Assembly: GCA_945861645.1 (NCBI GenBank)
Contig: CAMAVZ010000034.1
Coordinates: forward strand, 1-15,912
Reading direction: 5' to 3'
Origin: Opitutus sp. GAS368
GTDB taxonomy: Bacteria; Verrucomicrobiota; Verrucomicrobiia; Opitutales; Opitutaceae
Length of the DNA: 15,912 nucleotides
Shown: piece by piece, positions 6,903 through 15,912 of the stretch
Layout: every line of letters starts with the position of its first letter
Numbering within the stretch: the stretch's first letter is position 1
Position numbers and translations under genes: made by a program
The notes under the pieces: generated by a model
Seen by the model: only the letters and a program-made list of their open reading frames with translations
What the model was told of the DNA's origin: nothing
The model's database searches: none

Positions 6903-9900
6903 ATGAAAAATAGACCCTCCCGCATCCCCTATCTTCACCTCCTTCTCGGGGTGAGTTTGTCCGTCCTGCCCCTGCGAGCTCTCGCCCAAACGACCGCGGC
7001 AGCCCCGGCCGGCTCATTGGATGAAACGATCGTCTTGAATCCCTTCGTGGTCACCCCTGACTCCACCAGCGGGTATTATGCGTCAGAGACTTTGTCGGGG
7101 ACGCAACTTAGGACTCCGGTCCGCAACCTGGCGAACCCGATCACGATTCTCACCGAGGAATTTATGAAAGATATCGGAGCGGTGAATTACGTGGAAGCCC
7201 TGGAGTTCATGCCCAGCACCCAAATGTTCAGGGGGGATTCTTCGGATACGGAAGGGGTCAGCAACCGCACCGGCACGCCTTACATGGTCCGCGGTTTCCG
7301 CGCGTCCACCCTGACCAATAATTTCTTCACCAGTGGCATCAAGACGGACAGCTACAACACCGAGACGCTGACCCAGTCCCGGGGACCCAATTCCCTGCTC
7401 TTTGGCTTGGGCTCGGTGGGGGGCGGTATCGATGCGACCCAGAAAGTGGGGAAATTCAACGCCAATAGTCACGGCATGGAAGTCCGCTTCGACTCCGAGG
7501 GTTCCAAGCGCGCCAGCGTGGACGTCAATCAGATCCTCATTCCCAAAAAGCTGGCGGCGCGCTTCGCCGCCGTGTCCGCCGATCAACGCACGCCGCGCGA
7601 CTTGCAATATTCCCGGCGCAATTCCGCCTATCTGAACCTGACGATCCAGCCCTTCAAAGGCGCGACCATCAACCTGAATGCGGAAGCGGGGAGAATGGAA
7701 GAGTCTATTCCCCGGTCCTACCTCGCCTATGACAGTGTTTCCGCCTGGTTGAACTATCCCGGGACCCCGTTCTCAAAAGCGAACCGGATCGACAACCTCC
7801 TCGTCGCTTCTGGGAGCACTGCGGCCCGTACTGTGGCCCAAAATAGAATAATTGGGGCTACCCAAACATTCAGTAATGAGAATTACCTCGTGTATATCAT
7901 GAATAATCCGCAGCTGGGCGTGCAGAATTGGAAATATAAATCCCGTGGTTCGGAGGCCTACGTGAACGGGAACACCTTTAATACGACCAGTATCTCAGAA
8001 TTAACCGTCGTGCCCGGGGTGAACTTCCCCTTGAGCACCATGGTGCCCGGACCGTCGGAACATTTTGATACTTTGTACGATAAGTATTCGGCCTCATGGG
8101 TGCAGCAGCTCCTTAAAACGACCTATCTTGAGGTGGCTGGAGCCTACGAAAATAGGTTCGCCGAGGACTGGCAGCCGATTCAACGGGGTGACTACGAGGT
8201 CTTTATCGACCCCAATTACTACCTCCCCACCCAACTGGCGTCGAGCAACCCGGATCCCACCAAACCGCTTAATCCGTATTTCGGGGTGCCTTATCTTGAG
8301 GGCAATTCCACGCTGCAGCGCCGCGACGAGGTGGTGAAACAGTTCCGGGCGACCCTGACCCACCAATTCGACCTGAGTCGCATTGAGCCCGTCAAGGGAT
8401 TTGATCTCGGCAAAATGACTCTGGTTGCTTTTCACTACTCTCGAGATACTGACAGCTATTTCTCCCAGGCGGAGGAAGCGGCCACGACCTCGCTGCGGAC
8501 GAACGGCGTCATTGATGCCCAAAGTAAGATTATCCGGCGCTACTATTTGACGCCGGGCCAACCCGTGCATTTCCCTGCTCTTGATCATCGGAACTCCGCA
8601 ATTAATCAGGCTGCTAACGCGTCGATTCCGGGCGGTGTTGTCCCATTCGTCTCGTCGGGCTATGTGAACATACTGAATCCAGTCTATGCGCCGGAAAACA
8701 CCAAGTCGTATGCCGCGATTGGCCAGTGGGAACTGTTTTCCCGCCGCTTGATCCTCACCGCGGGTATCCGACAGGACGATATCGAATCGAAGAACTTTCT
8801 GTTCACCAGGAATCCAGTCACCGCGCTTTTTGGCAACCGGGACGAGGGCGCGTTCAGTGCACCGACCAGTTCCTCCGTCCAAAACCACAACTTCGGTGCC
8901 GTGGTCAAGGTCACAAAGTGGCTTGATGTCTACGCCAATAGCTCGACGAACACCGTGGGCTTCGGTGGCACCAGATACAACATCTTCGGTGAACTTCTCC
9001 CCAATCAAGAGGGTGAGGGCTTCGATTTCGGCCTGCGCGGTTTCTTCTTCGATGACCGGGTGATCATGAAGCTCAATTATTTCAGTAACGAGCTTGTGAA
9101 CCGAGTCTCCGATCCCCTCCGCGATGGCCAGATCGGCATCGAGATGGCCCGCGCAAATGGCTATACCGAACGCTACACCGAAGGCATGGTCCTCAATGGC
9201 TATGCGAACAAGGTGGCCGGAGCACCCCGATTTGCCAACTACACGGGCAACCAACTCTGGTCAGACGTCGAGTCGGATAAGACCGAAGGTTATGAATTGG
9301 AGGCCACCATCAATCCCACCAAACAGCTGCGTTTGATGATTAACATCTCCTACAACGATTCGACGCTGAACAGCACCTACAAATTCACCCAGCCTTGGTA
9401 TGAACAGTACGTCAAGCCCTACCGCGATGACGCCGCCATTAAGGCGACCATCGCCAATCCCGCGTTCAATTCTACCCGGACCATCGGCGACTATATCGCA
9501 GGAATTGAACGTCGGTTGAATTACCATGGAGCCCAGGTCGGCGGCTCCCGGATTCGCGGCAACAACTGGATGGCGAATTTTGTCGGCAGCTACGCCTTTC
9601 ACCAAGGTCGGTTGAAAGGCCTGCGACTTGGCGGAGACCTGCGCTGGCGTGATGCTCCCACCATCGGCTACCCGGAAGTCGCCGGTACCTTTGATACAAA
9701 GAATCCGTTCACCGGCGCCGAATCCCTGATTACTAGCGCCTTTGCTAGTTATTCCTGGAAGACCACGATCCTGAACCGGAAAACAAACTGGGCGACTTCC
9801 CTGCGCGTGCGCAACGTCCTGAACGACGCTGATACGTATCCCCAAACCTCAGTCGATTACGGTAACGGCGTGCCGCACTATTTGCAGCGGATCTATGTCC

Positions 9901-9941
9901 AGCCGCGCACGTACGAGCTTACGGCCAACATGAACTTCTAA
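6903..9941 (+). CDS. TonB-dependent receptor (Opitutaceae type)
   Basis: Signal peptide ending ALA-Q; ETIVLNPFVV and GYYASETLSGTQLRT N-terminus; plug motif SRGPNSLLFGLGSVGG; barrel motifs LTAGIRQD, GYELE, VRNVLN; terminal Phe; 1012 aa. Confidence 0.93.
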   Translation: MKNRPSRIPYLHLLLGVSLSVLPLRALAQTTAAAPAGSLDETIVLNPFVVTPDSTSGYYASETLSGTQLRTPVRNLANPITILTEEFMKDIGAVNYVEALEFMPSTQMFRGDSSDTEGVSNRTGTPYMVRGFRASTLTNNFFTSGIKTDSYNTETLTQSRGPNSLLFGLGSVGGGIDATQKVGKFNANSHGMEVRFDSEGSKRASVDVNQILIPKKLAARFAAVSADQRTPRDLQYSRRNSAYLNLTIQPFKGATINLNAEAGRMEESIPRSYLAYDSVSAWLNYPGTPFSKANRIDNLLVASGSTAARTVAQNRIIGATQTFSNENYLVYIMNNPQLGVQNWKYKSRGSEAYVNGNTFNTTSISELTVVPGVNFPLSTMVPGPSEHFDTLYDKYSASWVQQLLKTTYLEVAGAYENRFAEDWQPIQRGDYEVFIDPNYYLPTQLASSNPDPTKPLNPYFGVPYLEGNSTLQRRDEVVKQFRATLTHQFDLSRIEPVKGFDLGKMTLVAFHYSRDTDSYFSQAEEAATTSLRTNGVIDAQSKIIRRYYLTPGQPVHFPALDHRNSAINQAANASIPGGVVPFVSSGYVNILNPVYAPENTKSYAAIGQWELFSRRLILTAGIRQDDIESKNFLFTRNPVTALFGNRDEGAFSAPTSSSVQNHNFGAVVKVTKWLDVYANSSTNTVGFGGTRYNIFGELLPNQEGEGFDFGLRGFFFDDRVIMKLNYFSNELVNRVSDPLRDGQIGIEMARANGYTERYTEGMVLNGYANKVAGAPRFANYTGNQLWSDVESDKTEGYELEATINPTKQLRLMINISYNDSTLNSTYKFTQPWYEQYVKPYRDDAAIKATIANPAFNSTRTIGDYIAGIERRLNYHGAQVGGSRIRGNNWMANFVGSYAFHQGRLKGLRLGGDLRWRDAPTIGYPEVAGTFDTKNPFTGAESLITSAFASYSWKTTILNRKTNWATSLRVRNVLNDADTYPQTSVDYGNGVPHYLQRIYVQPRTYELTANMNF

Positions 9942-10001
9942 AACAGTTCACGCTCCTTTTTTCCGGTCACATTCTTGGCCGGAGTTGAGAGCCGCCCAAA
10001 C

Positions 10002-10041
10002 AATCCAGCTGGATTCTTCCCCGAAGCGATCTAGCTGGATT
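10002..10041. repeat. Twin palindromes forming a larger hairpin between receptor and sulfatase
   Basis: AATCCAGCTGGATT (10002-10015, perfect palindrome) and ATCTAGCTGGATT (10029-10041); a second hairpin TCCGGTCA/TGGCCGGA at 9962-9983. Confidence 0.5.
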
Positions 10042-10130
10042 TTCATTTCTCTGGTCCCGGCCGCTAAAGCTCTCCCCACGATTCTCACAACCATCGTTTC
10101 AAGCTCCCCCTTTTTCATCCGTCCCCAATC

Positions 10131-11684
10131 ATGCGTTCTCTGCTCTTCCCCTGCCTCGTCCTCGCTTGCGCCGCACTCCACGCCGCGGTCGTCCCCGTGC
10201 CCACCGCCGTCGTGCCCGAGCGCATCCTCGGGGTGAAGCCCAAAAACGTCATCTTGATCCTCACCGATGACCATCGCTTCGACGCCCTGGGCTTTCTGGG
10301 CCACCCCATCGCCGAGACGCCGCACCTGGACGCCCTCGCGCGCCACGGCGTTCACTTCAAAAATGCCCTCGTCACCACCTCGCTCTGCTCCCCCAGCCGC
10401 GCCTCCATTTTAACCGGCCTCTACACCTTCCGCCACCGCGTCATTGACAACAACCGCCCCATCCCGCCGGGCACTCTGTATTTTCCCCAGTATCTCCAGC
10501 GCGCCGGCTACGCTACCGCCTTCTTCGGCAAGTGGCACATGGGCGGCGAAGACGATCAGCCCCAGTCCGGCTTCGACCGTTGGGTCAGCTTCCGGGGCCA
10601 AGGCGAATACTTCCCGTCGACTCCGGACTACACCCTCAACGTCGACGGCCGCCGCGAAAAACAAAAGGGCTACATCACCGACGAACTCACCGACTACACC
10701 ATCGACTGGCTGCGCCAGCAAAAGCCCGCGGAAAAACCCTTCTTCATCTATCTCTCCCACAAGGCCGTCCACGCCAACTTCACCCCCGCGCCCCGCCACG
10801 AGGGCAAATTCGCCCGCAAGAAAATCGTCCGTCCCGCCACCGCCGCCAACACTCCGGAAAACTACGCGCTCAAGCCCCGTTGGCTCCGCGATCAACGCAA
10901 CTCCTGGCACGGGGTCGATTTCCCCTACCACAGCGACCTCAACGTCGATCAATACTATCAGCGCTACTGCGAAACCCTCTGCGCCGTCGACGACAGCGTC
11001 GGCCGCATCGTCGCCGAGCTAAAAAAAATGGGCGTCTACGAAGACACCCTTATCCTCTACATGGGCGATAACGGTTTCATGTTCGGCGAGCACGGCCTCA
11101 TCGACAAACGCGTCGCCTACGACGCTTCCATTCGCATCCCGATGATCATGCAATGCCCGACGCTCTTCGCCGGTGGCCGCACAGTCGAGCAGGCGGTCGC
11201 CAACATCGACGTCGCTCCCACCATTATGAGCGCGATGGGTCTCACGCCTCCGCCCCACATGGACGGCCTGAATTTTCTCCCCCTCGCTCGGGGCATCCCG
11301 GCGACGTGGCGCGAGAACTTCCTCTACGTCTATTATTGGGAGAAGAATTTTCCGCAGTCTCCCACGGTCTTCGCTTTGCGCAACGATCGCTACAAATTCA
11401 TCACCTACTACGGTCTGTGGGACGTCGATGAGCTCTATGATTTGCAGAGCGATCCTAATGAGGCTATCAACCTGCGGTATGAGCCCGAGCACCAAAAGCT
11501 CGCCGCAACGATGGAAAACCAACTCTACGCCGAGATGCAGCGACTGGGCGGAATGGATATTCCCCTCAATCAGCCGGTGGGTGGCATCAACAACAAACGG
11601 CTGCGCAGCAGGGGAGGCGAGAAGGCGGCGGACTTTCCCAAGCCCATCGTCGTGGACCAGCCCCTCAACCAGAATGCCCGCTGA
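10131..11684 (+). CDS. Secreted Cys-type formylglycine-dependent sulfatase (N-acetylglucosamine-6-sulfatase-like)
   Basis: Signal peptide; NVILILTDD, LCSPSRASILTG, FFGKWHMG, LSHKAVH, GDNG, DKR, ELYDLQSDPNE all intact. Confidence 0.93.
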   Translation: MRSLLFPCLVLACAALHAAVVPVPTAVVPERILGVKPKNVILILTDDHRFDALGFLGHPIAETPHLDALARHGVHFKNALVTTSLCSPSRASILTGLYTFRHRVIDNNRPIPPGTLYFPQYLQRAGYATAFFGKWHMGGEDDQPQSGFDRWVSFRGQGEYFPSTPDYTLNVDGRREKQKGYITDELTDYTIDWLRQQKPAEKPFFIYLSHKAVHANFTPAPRHEGKFARKKIVRPATAANTPENYALKPRWLRDQRNSWHGVDFPYHSDLNVDQYYQRYCETLCAVDDSVGRIVAELKKMGVYEDTLILYMGDNGFMFGEHGLIDKRVAYDASIRIPMIMQCPTLFAGGRTVEQAVANIDVAPTIMSAMGLTPPPHMDGLNFLPLARGIPATWRENFLYVYYWEKNFPQSPTVFALRNDRYKFITYYGLWDVDELYDLQSDPNEAINLRYEPEHQKLAATMENQLYAEMQRLGGMDIPLNQPVGGINNKRLRSRGGEKAADFPKPIVVDQPLNQNAR

Positions 11685-11798
11685 GGCATGATGACGAAAA
11701 TGGACCGTTTCAAGTCCACCTAAAATCAGATGACTATTTCACCCAACATGAGTCGCAAATTGCACTACCCCGTTCGGCCTGGTGCAGCTCGGGCTCAT

Positions 11799-11827
11799 AA
11801 AAAAAGCGAGGTCGGTTGACCTCGCTT
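11799..11827 (-). terminator. Rho-independent terminator of the S41 protease gene
   Basis: Minus strand reads AAGCGAGGTC-aacc-GACCTCGCTT-TTTTT: perfect 10-bp stem plus T tract, 20 bp after the stop codon. Confidence 0.85.
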
Positions 11828-11847
11828 CGCCGGGCAATCCCTCACCT

Positions 11848-15201
<3,354 letters not shown>

Positions 15202-15321
15202 GGGGCAACGCTACGCTGCGCTGGCGACCATGCAATCCCCCGCGTGATGAACGGTCTAAAAAACGTGATAAACGACGCCGGTGGCAGTGTAGCCCCGCGG
15301 GACGAAGGGAGGCGGGTCGGC

Positions 15322-15360
15322 TTACACGGACTCGAGCAACTTGTAGAGTCGGGCGACCAT
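15322..15360 (-). other. Orphan, synonymously diverged duplicate of the last 12 codons plus stop of htpG (MVARLYKLLESV*)
   Basis: Minus strand ATG GTC GCC CGA CTC TAC AAG TTG CTC GAG TCC GTG TAA encodes the same peptide as 15397-15435. Confidence 0.9.
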
Positions 15361-15386
15361 CCGCCTTCGCCAAGGCTACGGCAGAC
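15360..15386. repeat. REP-like palindromic unit TCCGCCTTCGCCAAGGCTACGGCAGAC
   Basis: Imperfect hairpin (TCCGCC...GGCAGA with inner GCC-AA-GGC); resembles an intergenic repeat I recall from Opitutaceae-like genomes (not checked). Confidence 0.6.
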
Positions 15387-15396
15387 ACGGTCGGGG

Positions 15397-15912
15397 CTAG
15401 ACACTTTCGAGGAGCTTATACAAGCGTGCAACCATGGGCGTGGCGTCTTCCAGCATGCCGGCGGAAATGAGGGCGTTATCGAGGATTTGCTCGGCGACGA
15501 GTTTGGCCTTCTCGGGCGCGGCGGTGTGTGTTGCGAAAAGCCGCTTCATCACCGCGGAGCGCGGATTGATTTCGAGATTTACGCGCTGCGGCATATCGGC
15601 TCCATCTTTATTCATGGCCTTCATCATACGGCGCATGTGAGCGGTCATAAATTTATCGGCATTAATTGCCAGAGCGGGAGAATCCACCAAGCGATCACTG
15701 GCCTTAACCTCGGCGACTCGTTCGCCGAGCGATGCTTTCATCCAAGTGGTGAGAGTTTTGGTGTCATCGGCGCTGAGGGCGCCTTCCGCTTGCGGAAGGT
15801 CCGTTAATTTTACATCGCCGTGATCCGCGGCGATGAGCTTCTTGCCGTCAAATTCGCGGACATTATTCATCACGTACTCATCGACGGGTTCGTAGCAGAA
15901 AAGGACTTCCAG
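15397..15912 (-). CDS. htpG: Molecular chaperone HtpG (Hsp90), C-terminal part; 5' end outside window
   Basis: Open frame from the window edge: LEVLFCYEPVDEYVM...SDRLVDSPA...MRRMMK...NLEINPR...EQILDNALISAGML...MVARLYKLL, matching Hsp90 middle/C-terminal motifs. Confidence 0.95.
   Translation of the reverse strand: MEVLFCYEPVDEYVMNNVREFDGKKLIAADHGDVKLTDLPQAEGALSADDTKTLTTWMKASLGERVAEVKASDRLVDSPALAINADKFMTAHMRRMMKAMNKDGADMPQRVNLEINPRSAVMKRLFATHTAAPEKAKLVAEQILDNALISAGMLEDATPMVARLYKLLESV

Noticed and set aside
8094-9845. Minus-strand ORFs of 386 and 194 aa inside the TonB receptor
   Set aside because: Antisense shadow frames with no family motifs.
11725-11770. AT-richer stretch ending CAAATTGCACTAC as a possible IS end or island boundary
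   Set aside because: No partner inverted repeat or target duplication found in the window.
15361-15399. Programmed stop read-through extending HtpG into the in-frame duplicate
   Set aside because: A second in-frame TAG lies in the spacer, and TAG is used as a normal stop.

Overview
GC-rich bacterial DNA, most likely Opitutaceae/Verrucomicrobiota (inferred from the TonB-receptor style, sulfatases and repeat types). Housekeeping-type genes flank the window: the 3' end of an M3 metallopeptidase on the left, and a tricorn-like S41 protease plus the 3' end of htpG on the minus strand at right. Between them lies a carbohydrate-utilisation region: a NarL-family two-component pair, a divergent operon collapsed into fused gene ends (TonB receptor, GH92, FucP-type permease, sulfatase), an intact GH99/GH71-like lipoprotein, a spacer of nested REP/MITE-like repeats, an intact TonB-dependent receptor and an intact sulfatase. 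Most notable: (1) a second copy of the last 12 codons of htpG, identical in peptide but with 14 silent base differences, 75 bp downstream beyond a REP-like hairpin; (2) serial internal deletions that keep gene starts and ends; (3) a sensor kinase that appears to carry a circularly permuted carbohydrate-binding module inside a split Y_Y_Y domain. All family calls come from motif recognition by eye; no searches were run.
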